Shown here: one piece after another, positions 38,211-47,414 of the stretch
How the letters are laid out: every line of letters starts with the position of its first letter
Numbering within the stretch: the first letter of the stretch is position 1
Assembly (NCBI GenBank): GCA_022779465.1
Contig: JALFTB010000020.1
Span: 7,923 to 71,922, forward strand
Source of the DNA: a bacterium
GTDB lineage: Bacteria; Bacillota_I; Bacilli_A; RF39; UBA660
DNA length: 64,000 nt
Direction: 5' to 3'
Made by a program: the position numbers and the translations under genes
Notes under the pieces: model-generated
What the model was told of the DNA's origin: nothing
Seen by the model: only the letters and a program-made list of their open reading frames with translations
The model's database searches: none

Positions 38211-38489
38211 ATGAAAAGTGTTACTATTAATGAGCACACTTATGAGTTATTAAAGGATTACAGAGAAGGTTTTGAATTACCAGAAGTTGAAAGTAAACTA
38301 ACTGATTATTTTGAAGATTATGATTATATTGTTGGTGATTGGGCTTATGGTAAGTTAAGACTTAAGGGTTTTTATGATTCTAAAAATAAAAAGGTTAATA
38401 ATATAAATAATTATAATAATGTTGATAGTTATTTTAAAGATTTTTGTGCAAGTGATTGTAAACATTTTATTATTAAAAAAATTAATTGA
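38211..38489 (+). CDS. yutD: YutD-like protein (DUF1027)
   Basis: YELLKDYREGF...YDYIVGDWAYGKLRLKGFY matches the YutD signature. Confidence 0.65.
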   Translation: MKSVTINEHTYELLKDYREGFELPEVESKLTDYFEDYDYIVGDWAYGKLRLKGFYDSKNKKVNNINNYNNVDSYFKDFCASDCKHFIIKKIN

Positions 38490-38538
38490 AGTTAATTGAT
38501 TTTTGTGTTAATATTTTATTAGAATAGTGAGGTATTGG

Positions 38539-38823
38539 ATGGATACTAAAGTTAAATTACAAAGAGTAAATGGTGAAATTATTGAAGCAGATATTATCAG
38601 TTATTTTGAATTACAAAATACTGGTAAAAGATATGTATTTTATACACTTAATGAAATTGTAGAAAATGATTTAGTTAAGATGTATGTATCAGAAGTAGGG
38701 GCTGCTAATATGTTAGCTCAAACTATGACTGATGAAGATTGGACTACATTAAAGTCAATTATGAAATCTATATTGACTGGTCATGAAAATCCAAATGTTA
38801 AATATTTAAAGTGGGAGGCATAA
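38539..38823 (+). CDS. Small conserved hypothetical protein (DUF1292-like?)
   Basis: GTGAGG RBS. The pattern GEIIEADIISYFEL...KRYVFYT only loosely resembles DUF1292. Confidence 0.3.
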   Translation: MDTKVKLQRVNGEIIEADIISYFELQNTGKRYVFYTLNEIVENDLVKMYVSEVGAANMLAQTMTDEDWTTLKSIMKSILTGHENPNVKYLKWEA

Positions 38824-38825
38824 AA

Positions 38826-39452
38826 ATGAATATACAAGGTACATCTAAGGTTATTGCAATAACTAAAGATCAAGCACAAAAAATGAAGAGTGCTTATACT
38901 AATCAAATAGATGCAATGAGTTTACCAACTGAACCTATTGCACCTGTAACTGTTGCTCCTACTGTTGAACCTTTAACTATGGAAGAACCAGCTATGAGTG
39001 GTGTAACTAATGCAGATATAATAGGTCAAACTCCTAGTGCTCCAGTTGCTCCTGAAACTCAACCTTTAACTACACCAGAAGCACCTACTGTTAGTCAAGA
39101 TACTACTCAATCTTTAGCAGGTTATCCAGATACATCAGCTATGAGTGTTGATGAATTAAAAGATGAAATGGCTAAAATTGAACAAGAGATGGCTACTAAA
39201 AATATTAAAATAATGGATTTCTTAGATGAAATAAATGCAGATTTTCTTTATCATCAACAATTAGTTGCGGAGTTAGATAAGAAAATGGGTTTAACTAAAG
39301 CACCTAATGAGACAGCACCTATTGTTCAAAATGTAGCACCAGCTGCAACTGCTACTCCGGTAGTTCAAGAAACATCACAAGAAATTAGTCCTTTTTCACC
39401 AGGAACAACAGGAAATATGTTTGATGTTCCAACATCAGGAATGAGTTTATAA
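38826..39452 (+). CDS. Pro/Thr/Ala-rich protein with a central coiled-coil-like segment
   Basis: GGGAGG RBS and a low-complexity PxxP-rich sequence. Confidence 0.35.
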   Translation: MNIQGTSKVIAITKDQAQKMKSAYTNQIDAMSLPTEPIAPVTVAPTVEPLTMEEPAMSGVTNADIIGQTPSAPVAPETQPLTTPEAPTVSQDTTQSLAGYPDTSAMSVDELKDEMAKIEQEMATKNIKIMDFLDEINADFLYHQQLVAELDKKMGLTKAPNETAPIVQNVAPAATATPVVQETSQEISPFSPGTTGNMFDVPTSGMSL

Positions 39453-39490
39453 AATCAGTATATTACTGATTTTTTTTCATATATAATAAT

Positions 39491-40375
39491 ATGGAAAATA
39501 TTTTAAATTATTATTACAATTTAATTATAAAGAAGATGGATGAGGTAGATGATAGCTACTATATTTATACTGATGATGGTTTATATATTTTAAATAAATT
39601 AATTATAGAGGTTAGTGAATTAGAAAGAATAATTAATTATTTAAATAATACAAAAGAACCATATCATTTGTTAGTACTAAATAAAGATAAAGAATTATTT
39701 ACTTTAATTGAAGAAGAAAAATATGTTTTATTTAAAGTTAGATGTGATTTAAATAAAGAGATAAATCCATTATTATTTTCATCTTATATTCTTAATGGTG
39801 ATTATAATTGGAGTGATGTATGGTCTAAGAGAATTGATTATTATGAAACTCAATTAAATGAAGTAGTTAATGATGTTAATGTGTTTTATGCAATGAATTA
39901 TTATATTGGATTAACAGAAAATGCGATTAGTTATTATAATAATCTTATTGATATGTATGGAAGTGGTGAACTTATTTATGCGATTAGTCATCGAAGGATT
40001 ACTTCACCAATTAAGGCAATAAGTTATTATAATCCAGCTAATATGATTATTGATTTAAATGTTAGGGATATTGCTGAATATATTAAAATGAGTTTTTTTG
40101 AGGATATTTTGACTGATTCAGAAATTTTAACAATTGTAAATAATTTAAATTTTAATAATATAATGGCTAATATGTTTTTAGTAAGACTTATATATCCTTC
40201 TTATTTCTTTAATCTATATGATCAGTATATTGAGAGTAGGGAAGTAAATAAAAAGATGTTTTTATATATGAAAAAAAGCCATGAATATGAATCTTTAATT
40301 ACAAAGATATATTCAAGGCTTTCAATAAAGAACGATATTAAAGCTTATATGTGGATTTTTAAAGTTCAACGTTAA
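39491..40375 (+). CDS. CotS/YutH-like spore-coat kinase-fold protein (degenerate)
   Basis: Size, N-terminal pattern and synteny with yutD/yutI-like genes fit. No clear HGD catalytic motif. Confidence 0.3.
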   Translation: MENILNYYYNLIIKKMDEVDDSYYIYTDDGLYILNKLIIEVSELERIINYLNNTKEPYHLLVLNKDKELFTLIEEEKYVLFKVRCDLNKEINPLLFSSYILNGDYNWSDVWSKRIDYYETQLNEVVNDVNVFYAMNYYIGLTENAISYYNNLIDMYGSGELIYAISHRRITSPIKAISYYNPANMIIDLNVRDIAEYIKMSFFEDILTDSEILTIVNNLNFNNIMANMFLVRLIYPSYFFNLYDQYIESREVNKKMFLYMKKSHEYESLITKIYSRLSIKNDIKAYMWIFKVQR

Positions 40376-40592
40376 TTACTTCTTTAACTTCGGGAACTTC
40401 TTCTTGAATTGATCTTAAAACAAAATCATCAATAGTATCATTTTTATACATACAATAACCACAGGCTCCAGTTAATTTTACATATACTGTTCCGTCTTCA
40501 TATTTAATAAATTCAATATTTCCTCCATCACTATTAAGATAAGGATTAATTTGATTTATAACTTCTAATATTTTTTCTTCCATTTTGGTCAC
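40359..40592 (-). CDS. NifU-like (Nfu/YutI-type) Fe-S cluster carrier domain protein
   Basis: INPYLNSDGGNIEF...GACGYCM motif. Confidence 0.8.
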   Translation of the reverse strand: MTKMEEKILEVINQINPYLNSDGGNIEFIKYEDGTVYVKLTGACGYCMYKNDTIDDFVLRSIQEEVPEVKEVINVEL

Positions 40593-40659
40593 CTCTTAAA
40601 TTATAACATATTTGGTTATTTATGAAAATAATGTTATAATCTTTAAAGAGGTGAGGAGA

Positions 40660-41016
40660 ATGGATTTTAATTTAGGTGACATTATTGAAGTAACTGTTAC
40701 TGGGATTGAGAATTATGGTATATTTGTAAGTGTTAATGATGAATATACTGGTTTAATCCATATATCTGAAATTGATAATAATTTTGTTAAAGATATTAAT
40801 GATTATGTTAAAATAGGGGAAAAGATTTATGCCAATATAATTGGAATAGATCATGATAATAAGCATTTAAATTTATCTATTAAGAATATGAATTATAATG
40901 ATAATGAAAATGGAACTAGAAATATTAAAGAAAGTATTAGTGGTTTTCTTCCTTTACATAATAAATTAGATGAATGGATTAAAGAGTCTTATGATAAACT
41001 AAAAAAAGAGCAATAA
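40660..41016 (+). CDS. S1 RNA-binding domain protein (YugI/general stress protein 13-like)
   Basis: GDIIEVTVTGIENYGIFVSV...GLIHISE is an S1 motif. Start at the ATG after GAGGTGAGGAG. Confidence 0.8.
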   Translation: MDFNLGDIIEVTVTGIENYGIFVSVNDEYTGLIHISEIDNNFVKDINDYVKIGEKIYANIIGIDHDNKHLNLSIKNMNYNDNENGTRNIKESISGFLPLHNKLDEWIKESYDKLKKEQ

Positions 41017-41033
41017 CTGCTCTTTGTTTTTTT
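41001..41033. terminator. Bidirectional terminator (end of the S1 gene and of the minus-strand tRNA operon)
   Basis: aagagca-ataac-tgctctt stem with flanking A and T runs. Confidence 0.7.
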
Positions 41034-41037
41034 AAAA

Positions 41038-41113
41038 TGGTGTCCTGTTGGAGATTCGAACTCCAGACCCTTTGATTAAAAGTCAAATGCTCTACCGACT
41101 GAGCTAACAGGAC
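41038..41113 (-). tRNA. tRNA-Lys (UUU)
   Basis: Cloverleaf folded by hand. Anticodon arm is TTTGA-CTTTTAA-TCAAA. CCA is encoded. Confidence 0.9.
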
Positions 41114-41126
41114 GAAAATAAAAAAT

Positions 41127-41202
41127 TGGCTGCCCCGGGGGGATTCGAACCACCGAAATGTCAGAGTCAAAGTCTGATGCCTTACCACTTGGCTACGAGG
41201 CA
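41127..41202 (-). tRNA. tRNA-Gln (UUG)
   Basis: Anticodon arm is TCAGA-CTTTGAC-TCTGA, with a U1-A72 start. One U-C mismatch in the T stem by my fold. Confidence 0.85.
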
Positions 41203-41212
41203 ATATTTTAAG

Positions 41213-41296
41213 TGGTGGAGGGACATAGATTTGAACTATGGAACCCGAAGGAACAGATTTACAGTCTGCCGCGTTTGACCACTTCGCTATCCCTCC
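41213..41296 (-). tRNA. tRNA-Tyr (GUA), long variable arm
   Basis: Anticodon loop is CTGTAAA and the acceptor stem is GGAGGGA/TCCCTCC. Confidence 0.9.
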
Positions 41297-41306
41297 ACAA
41301 TTTAAA

Positions 41307-41382
41307 TGGTGCCGACAGAGGGAGTCGAACCCCCAACCTACTGATTACAAGTCAGTTGCGCTGCCAGTTACGCTATGTCGGC
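41307..41382 (-). tRNA. tRNA-Thr (UGU)
   Basis: Anticodon loop is CTTGTAA and the acceptor stem is GCCGACA/TGTCGGC. Confidence 0.9.
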
Positions 41383-41387
41383 AAATC

Positions 41388-41464
41388 TGGTGGGCGATGT
41401 AGGACTCGAACCTACGACCCCCTGCTTGTAAGGCAGGTGCTCTAACCAACTGAGCTAATCGCCC
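41388..41464 (-). tRNA. tRNA-Val (UAC)
   Basis: Anticodon loop is CTTACAA and the acceptor stem is GGGCGAT/ATCGCCC. Confidence 0.9.
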
Positions 41465-41489
41465 ACATATAAATGTGAAAAAATAAGTT

Positions 41490-41578
41490 TGGTGCCCGAG
41501 GCCGGACTTGAACCGGCACGAGTTATTATGCTCGCAGGATTTTAAGTCCTGTGCGTCTACCTATTCCGCCACTCGGGC
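41490..41578 (-). tRNA. tRNA-Leu (UAA), long variable arm
   Basis: Anticodon loop is CTTAAAA and the acceptor stem is GCCCGAG/CTCGGGC. Confidence 0.9.
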
Positions 41579-41612
41579 GGGCACATTTGTCTTAATTAAT
41601 TAAGACTACTTG

Positions 41613-41641
41613 AGTATATCAATTTTTTCCTGGATTGGCAA
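41613..41641 (-). promoter_or_regulatory. Sigma-A-type promoter of the minus-strand tRNA operon: TTGCCA, 17-nt spacer, TATACT
   Basis: Read on the reverse complement, about 35 nt upstream of tRNA-Leu. Confidence 0.6.
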
Positions 41642-41699
41642 GGGTTTTTTAACATTTTTATTATTTTTTGTTATTTTTCTAGAAAAAGCTTACTTTTTG

Positions 41700-41729
41700 T
41701 TGACTAATTTTTTATTTATGTGTTATAAT
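41700..41729 (+). promoter_or_regulatory. Sigma-A-type promoter of the plus-strand tRNA operon: TTGACT, 18-nt spacer, TGtTATAAT
   Basis: Near-consensus -35 and extended -10, about 24 nt upstream of tRNA-Ser. Confidence 0.65.
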
Positions 41730-41752
41730 CAATTTGTTCCTATGAAGGAAAC

Positions 41753-41843
41753 GGAGAAATACCCAAGTCTGGTTGAAGGGACTGGTCTTGAAAACCAGGA
41801 GGTCGGCAACGGCGCAGGGGTTCGAATCCCTTTTTCTCCGCCA
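41753..41843 (+). tRNA. tRNA-Ser (UGA), long variable arm
   Basis: Anticodon loop is CTTGAAA. CCA is encoded. Confidence 0.9.
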
Positions 41844-41850
41844 TAGATAT

Positions 41851-41927
41851 CGCGGGATAGAGCAGTCTGGTAGCTCGTAAGGCTCATAACCTTGAGGTCG
41901 TTGGTTCAAATCCAGCTCCCGCAACCA
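41851..41927 (+). tRNA. Initiator tRNA-fMet (CAU)
   Basis: C1-A72 mismatch and near-identity to the B. subtilis initiator. The anticodon stem is AAGG/CCTT, so only two of the usual three consecutive G:C pairs are present. Confidence 0.85.
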
Positions 41928-41932
41928 ATTTT

Positions 41933-42009
41933 GGTTCGTTAGTCTAGAGGCCTATGACGTCTGCCTGTCACGCAGAAGATCACGGGTTCGAATCCCGTAC
42001 GAACCGCCA
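41933..42009 (+). tRNA. tRNA-Asp (GUC)
   Basis: Anticodon loop is CTGTCAC. Confidence 0.9.
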
Positions 42010-42013
42010 TTTT

Positions 42014-42089
<76 letters not shown>

Positions 42090-42125
42090 TGATGAAATGA
42101 ACTCGCTAGTTCGAGTAAAAGAATT

Positions 42126-42154
42126 AAACGACTTGTTAAAGAGTCGTTTTTTTT
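42126..42154 (+). terminator. Rho-independent terminator after the tRNA operon
   Basis: Hairpin aacgact-tgttaaag-agtcgtt followed by T8. Confidence 0.8.
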
Positions 42155-42234
42155 GTATATTAAATGACAACTTAACTATAAGTGATTTTATTATTAAATA
42201 ATTATGATATTATTATGATAATAAAGGAGTTTAT

Positions 42235-43227
42235 ATGGATAAAGTAAGTTCTAAGAAAAAGAAATATATTATTATAATTGTTAGTGTTATTGCTTTAATA
42301 CTTTGTATAGGAATTGTTTATTTGATTGTAAATAAAAGTAAAAATAAAGTAAATAATAATGATTCAAAGTCTACTAGTATTACTTCTACAACAATAAATG
42401 CAGAAACTACTACTACTCATAAACCGGAAAAAATAACAATTAAAGTTGAAGATTATATTTTTTCTGATATAGCTGAAAACTTTAAAAATATAAATGATGT
42501 TGATTATAATAAGAAATCTGATAATAATATTACTTATGAAAAAGATAATGATTTAGTTTATGCTAAACTTAGTGTGGAAAATGGTATTCTTTATGAATCA
42601 ATAGATAAAAATCCTAAAGTTGAAAGTGGTTATTTAAAAGATAAGAGTATTAAAAAACTTTATGTAATTCCAGATGAAGGTTCTTATTTGGTTTATGTTT
42701 TAACAAGTGATGGAAATATTTATTTGAATGAAAATTATAAAGTGGATAATTTTAAGAAGGTAAGTTCTTCTATTAAAGCTGATGATTTTACTTTTATTTC
42801 TTATGGTGGTACTTATACTGGTGAATGTAGTTATGCTGATATTTTAATTGTTAAATCAGGTAATCATGATTATATAATAACTAGTTCAGGACCAGAATTG
42901 TATGATAATTATAAGAAAAATTTAAATTTACTTGCATATCCATTTTGTTTTGCAGACATTAAATTTAAAGTTAATTATAATATGAAGTTAATTGATTATA
43001 TAACTAATAAAGCGGTATTAGATAGTGATAAAGAAGAAATATCTGTAGATTATATGGTTAGAGATAATGATTATATTTATGTTGTTAATAGTAAATATTT
43101 TTATAGATATGATTATGTAACAGAGAAATTTGATAAATATCCAGTAAATAAAATAACAAAAAAGAAAAATGGTTTAACTGTTTTATTAGATAATGGAGAT
43201 CAAATTGATTTAAATCAACAAAATTAA
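42235..43227 (+). CDS. Membrane-anchored extracytoplasmic protein of unknown function
   Basis: N-terminal TM, a Thr/Ser-rich linker and a beta-rich body. AAGGAG RBS. Confidence 0.4.
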   Translation: MDKVSSKKKKYIIIIVSVIALILCIGIVYLIVNKSKNKVNNNDSKSTSITSTTINAETTTTHKPEKITIKVEDYIFSDIAENFKNINDVDYNKKSDNNITYEKDNDLVYAKLSVENGILYESIDKNPKVESGYLKDKSIKKLYVIPDEGSYLVYVLTSDGNIYLNENYKVDNFKKVSSSIKADDFTFISYGGTYTGECSYADILIVKSGNHDYIITSSGPELYDNYKKNLNLLAYPFCFADIKFKVNYNMKLIDYITNKAVLDSDKEEISVDYMVRDNDYIYVVNSKYFYRYDYVTEKFDKYPVNKITKKKNGLTVLLDNGDQIDLNQQN

Positions 43228-43256
43228 AAAAACTTGTTTAAGCAAACAAGTTTTCT
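43226..43256. terminator. Bidirectional terminator between convergent genes
   Basis: Hairpin aacttgttt-aagc-aaacaagtt with an A-run and a T-run. Confidence 0.65.
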
Positions 43257-43651
43257 TTATATTTAATGTTATATTCTGATAAAAGTAATCCAAAAGTGTT
43301 TTCATCTTCATAAATGTATTCATGTGAATTTTCATATTTTTCAGCAAATGGATCAGCATCTGAAGCAATATCAAATTTTAAAAATTTGTTATTATTAAAT
43401 ATTATTTGAATTTCAGTAATATCAGATTTTTGTTTTAATCTATTTATTTTAGTATAGTCAATAATTTGGTTATTAAGTTTTAATAGACAGAAGTTAGCAT
43501 ATAATTTATTTTTTAATAGAGTTGGTTCATAAGGGATTTCCTCCCCTTGATTGTTAAGATTTGAGATATAAAAATCTGTAAATTCTTTTTTATCAATAAG
43601 AATGTTATCTCCATTTTCGAATATAATTTTGATTGCTACTATGTTGTCCAT
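43238..43651 (-). CDS. Hypothetical protein
   Basis: Clean 137-aa ORF with no motif recognised. Confidence 0.35.
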   Translation of the reverse strand: MDNIVAIKIIFENGDNILIDKKEFTDFYISNLNNQGEEIPYEPTLLKNKLYANFCLLKLNNQIIDYTKINRLKQKSDITEIQIIFNNNKFLKFDIASDADPFAEKYENSHEYIYEDENTFGLLLSEYNIKYKENLFA

Positions 43652-43861
43652 ATATTCTCACCATGATAATTATAACATAGTTTTTAAAAAAATAACTCTA
43701 AAATTTTAAAATTTGTATTATTCATCTTTTGTGAATGAAAATTTTTGAATAAATTGGCATATTATTATATTAGTTTGGTAAGTTTTCTTATCTAATTGCA
43801 AAAAAAGGCTTTATTTTTTCTAAAATTGTGTTATAATGTTCTAGTAATTGGTTGGTGGGAT

Positions 43862-43938
43862 GCGCTCATAGCTCAATTGGATAGAGCGTTAGACTACGGA
43901 TCTAAAGGTTGGGGGTTCGACTCCCTCTGGGCGCACCA
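43862..43938 (+). tRNA. tRNA-Arg (ACG)
   Basis: Anticodon loop is CTACGGA. Confidence 0.9.
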
Positions 43939-43944
43939 TTATAT

Positions 43945-44021
43945 CGAGAAGTAGCACAGTTTGGTAGTGCACTACGCTTGGGACGTAGGGGTCGCAGGTT
44001 CGAATCCTGTCTTCTCGACCA
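43945..44021 (+). tRNA. tRNA-Pro (UGG)
   Basis: Anticodon loop is CTTGGGA and the acceptor stem is CGAGAAG/CTTCTCG. Confidence 0.88.
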
Positions 44022-44031
44022 TTTAAAAATT

Positions 44032-44055
44032 AAATCTCTTTATGAGATTTTTTTT
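44032..44055 (+). terminator. Rho-independent terminator after tRNA-Pro
   Basis: Hairpin aaatctc-tttat-gagattt followed by a T-run. Confidence 0.7.
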
Positions 44056-44110
44056 ATTATCATCTTTTTATTTGATTTAAAATTTAGTATAATAATAGAG
44101 ATAATAAAGG

Positions 44111-46456
44111 GTGATAAATGTGAATGAAGAATTAAAGAAAATTGATGCATATTTTAGAGTATTAAATTATTTATCTTGTGCACAAATATATTTAAAAGAT
44201 AATCCATTATTAAAAAGAAAATTAACGATAGATGATGTAAAGAAAAAATTAGTTGGTCATTGGGGTAGTGCACCAGGACAAAATTTTGTTTATGTTCATT
44301 TAAATAGAGTTATAAATAAATATGATTTAAATATGATTTATGTATCTGGTCCTGGTCATAGTGGACAAGCTATGATAGCTAATGCATATTTAGAAGGAAC
44401 TTATAGTGAATTATATCCAGAAGTAAGTCAAGATGAAGAAGGACTTACAAGATTATGTAAACAATTTAGTTTTCCAGGAGGAACACCCAGTCATGTAGCA
44501 CCAGAAGTTCCTGGTAGTATTAATGAAGGTGGAGAACTTGGTTATAGTTTAGCTCATGCTTATGGAGCAGTTTTAGATAATCCTAGTTTAATAGCTGCTT
44601 GTGTTATCGGTGATGGAGAAGCAGAAACAGGACCTTTAGCAGCTTCTTGGCAAATAAATAAGATAATTGATCCTGTAAGTGATGGAGCAGTTTTACCGAT
44701 ATTACATTTAAATGGTTATAAAATAGCTAATCCGACAATATTATCTAGAATTGATGAAACTGAATTAAAAAAATATTTTGAAGGAATGGGATATCATCCT
44801 TATATAGTTAGTGGTAGTAATCCAATTGTAATGCATCAAAAAATGGCTAAAACTTTAGATAAAGTTATTCTTGAAATTAAGAATATTCAAAATAGTGCTA
44901 GAATTAAAAAAGATAGTACAAGACCGAATTGGCCAATGATAATATTACAAACGCCTAAGGGATGGACGGGAATTAAGAAATATGACGGTAATATGATTGA
45001 AGGAACATTTAGATCTCATCAAGTACCAATTCCAGTTAATGAAGAACATATTGAGAATGTTGAACAATTAGAAAAATGGTTAAAAAGTTATAAAATAGAT
45101 GATTATTTTGATAAGAATGGTAAACTTATTAAGGCTTTAAGGGATATTGCTCCTAAGGGTAAGAAAAGAATGAGTGCTAATCCAATTGCTAATGGTGGAT
45201 TATTACTTAAAGATTTAGATATTCCTGATTATACTAGATATGGTTTAATGTTTGAAGGTCATGGTTCTATTAATGCTAGTGATATGTATACTTTAGGACA
45301 TTTCTTAAAAGAAGTATTTAAAAAGAATGATGATATTAAGTTATTTGGTCCAGATGAAGCGATGAGTAATAAATTTAATGAGATGTTTAAGGTTACTAAT
45401 CGTAAATGGAATGGTATAACTTATGATTATGATGAATATTTAAAACCTAATGGTAAAATTGTTGATAGTATTTTATCTGAACATGTATGTGAAGGTTTAC
45501 TTGAAGGTTATATTTTAACTGGTAGACATGGTATTATGCATAGTTATGAAGCATTTATTAGAATAGTTGATTCAATGGTTAGTCAACATGCTAAATGGCT
45601 TAAAATGTGTGCTGATATTCCATGGAGAAAAGATATTTCATCTTTAAATTTTATTTTAACTAGTCATTGTTGGCAACAAGATCATAATGGTTTTACACAT
45701 CAAGATCCAGGATTTTTAAATCATCTTGTTACTAAGAAAGCTGATGTGACAAGAATTTATTTACCTTTTGATGCAAATACTTTGCTTAGTTGTGCAGACC
45801 ATGTTTTAAGAACTAAAAACTATATTAATGTAATTGTGGCATCTAAACATGAAAGACCTCAATGGTTAAATATTGAAGATGCTAAAAAACATTGTGCAAA
45901 AGGTGTGGATATCTTTAAATGGGCTAGTGATGAAAATCCTGATGTAGTGCTTGCTTGTGCTGGAGATACCCCAACTTTAGAAACTTTAGCGGCAACTCAA
46001 ATCTTAAAGGATAATATTCCTGAATTAAAGGTAAGAGTAGTTAATGTAGTTGATTTAATGAAGCTTGTTTCAAATGAAGATCATCCACATGGATTAACTC
46101 AAGAAGAATATAATAAATTATTTACAAAAGATAAACCAATTATCTTTGCATTCCATGGTTATCCACATTTAATTCATCAATTAACATATAAGAGAGTTAA
46201 TCAAAACATGCATGTTCATGGATATACAGAAGAAGGAACTATTACAACTCCTTTTGATATGAGAGTAGTAAATAAGTTAGATAGATATCATTTAGTTTTA
46301 GATGTTTTAAAATATACGAAAATTAACTCTAATAGAAAGAAATCTTTACAAAAGAAATGTTTAGATACTTTAGATTATCATAATGAATATATTAAAGAAA
46401 ATGGTGTAGATATTCCTGAAGTAGTTAATTTTAAATGGCACGGAAAAGAATTTTAA
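44111..46456 (+). CDS. xfp: Xylulose-5-phosphate/fructose-6-phosphate phosphoketolase
   Basis: Full-length XFP signatures (GHWGSAPGQNF, EGGELGYSL, GDGEAETGPLA, WQQDHNGFTHQDPGF). The start could be the GTG at 44111 or at 44120. Confidence 0.93.
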   Translation: MINVNEELKKIDAYFRVLNYLSCAQIYLKDNPLLKRKLTIDDVKKKLVGHWGSAPGQNFVYVHLNRVINKYDLNMIYVSGPGHSGQAMIANAYLEGTYSELYPEVSQDEEGLTRLCKQFSFPGGTPSHVAPEVPGSINEGGELGYSLAHAYGAVLDNPSLIAACVIGDGEAETGPLAASWQINKIIDPVSDGAVLPILHLNGYKIANPTILSRIDETELKKYFEGMGYHPYIVSGSNPIVMHQKMAKTLDKVILEIKNIQNSARIKKDSTRPNWPMIILQTPKGWTGIKKYDGNMIEGTFRSHQVPIPVNEEHIENVEQLEKWLKSYKIDDYFDKNGKLIKALRDIAPKGKKRMSANPIANGGLLLKDLDIPDYTRYGLMFEGHGSINASDMYTLGHFLKEVFKKNDDIKLFGPDEAMSNKFNEMFKVTNRKWNGITYDYDEYLKPNGKIVDSILSEHVCEGLLEGYILTGRHGIMHSYEAFIRIVDSMVSQHAKWLKMCADIPWRKDISSLNFILTSHCWQQDHNGFTHQDPGFLNHLVTKKADVTRIYLPFDANTLLSCADHVLRTKNYINVIVASKHERPQWLNIEDAKKHCAKGVDIFKWASDENPDVVLACAGDTPTLETLAATQILKDNIPELKVRVVNVVDLMKLVSNEDHPHGLTQEEYNKLFTKDKPIIFAFHGYPHLIHQLTYKRVNQNMHVHGYTEEGTITTPFDMRVVNKLDRYHLVLDVLKYTKINSNRKKSLQKKCLDTLDYHNEYIKENGVDIPEVVNFKWHGKEF

Positions 46457-46468
46457 TAATTCTTTTTT
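46445..46468 (+). terminator. AT-rich terminator-like hairpin after xfp
   Basis: Hairpin aaagaatt-ttaat-aattcttt followed by a short T-run. Confidence 0.45.
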
Positions 46469-46518
46469 GTTGATATTTTTTTGCTCATATAGTAATATAA
46501 TTTTTAAAGGTGATGGTT

Positions 46519-46881
46519 ATGATGATGAAAGTACAGTATGCTTATTATTATTCTGATGAGTATGGTGTATATTTTATTAGAAGAATAGATGGGGAAAGTT
46601 TAGAAAGACATATACCGAAAGGGTTATATGATTTATGTTATGAAGAATTTTCTCGTAATAATGGCTTGGCAGTTGCTTTTAGTCATGAAAATAAAGTTGT
46701 TCATTATAGTGATGATGAAACAATGGCATTATTAGATTTTAATTTTAGAACTTTAAATCATAAAGAAACATGTGAAATGTTTAAAAGTTATAGTGATTAT
46801 AATAAAGCAGAAGATGATGATGCTCCTTCTATAATTGATACTTTAAAGGGTTGTTTAACTAAAAAGAAAAAGGATTGTTAA
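46519..46881 (+). CDS. Hypothetical protein
   Basis: AAAGGTGA RBS and no motif recognised. Confidence 0.3.
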   Translation: MMMKVQYAYYYSDEYGVYFIRRIDGESLERHIPKGLYDLCYEEFSRNNGLAVAFSHENKVVHYSDDETMALLDFNFRTLNHKETCEMFKSYSDYNKAEDDDAPSIIDTLKGCLTKKKKDC

Positions 46882-47414
46882 AATCCTTTTTCTTTGCTTA
46901 AATAATCTAATATTGTACCTTCATAAATAACATTGTTTAAATTAAAGAAATCTTTTGGTTCTAGAAGTGAATAGTCTTTATCAAAAGAAAGAATACCATT
47001 TTCACTTAACAATTTTCCACAAAATTGACTACAACAATAATGATATTTACGATGCTTTATTTTTTTTCTTTTAATATATAATAAACCGATAAGATTATAT
47101 TTATATTTACTTTTGTATTTGATGTAATTATTTTTTAAATCATCTTTTAGATCATTATATTGTTTATTTGTAATATTTAATTGATATATTTTTATTTTTG
47201 ATTTAGAAAAATGTTTACATCTACGTTCATAGTATTCGTTTATTAAACCGCCAGGTAAGGGGATATAGGTGTATTTACGACCAAATGAATAGGCATTTTT
47301 TAGGTTTTTATCTAAAGATATTGTGACGTGTACGTATTCTTCTTTAGTAAAATATTTTAAAACTTTTGATACTAATGAGCCAGAATTTGAAACAATTATG
47401 TATATATTTTTCAT
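46878..47414 (-). CDS. Possible permuted papain-fold (YiiX/C92-like) hydrolase
   Basis: His-before-Cys arrangement (EEYVHVTISL...YSFGR...YCCSQFCGKLL). ATGA overlap with the upstream FAD enzyme gene. Confidence 0.35.
   Translation of the reverse strand: MKNIYIIVSNSGSLVSKVLKYFTKEEYVHVTISLDKNLKNAYSFGRKYTYIPLPGGLINEYYERRCKHFSKSKIKIYQLNITNKQYNDLKDDLKNNYIKYKSKYKYNLIGLLYIKRKKIKHRKYHYCCSQFCGKLLSENGILSFDKDYSLLEPKDFFNLNNVIYEGTILDYLSKEKGF

Noticed and set aside
40979-41924. ORFs 40979-41203, 41212-41445, 41610-41846 and 41712-41924, plus 43909-44127 further on.
   Set aside because: They are read-throughs of tRNA genes. Their relatively GC-rich translations come from tRNA stems, and the tRNA cloverleaves explain the sequence fully.
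43796-43837. Promoter for the tRNA-Arg/Pro pair (TTGCAA ... TGtTATAAT).
   Set aside because: The extended -10 (TATAAT at 43832-43837) is convincing. The only good -35-like hexamer is 30 nt away, so a full promoter call is not supported.
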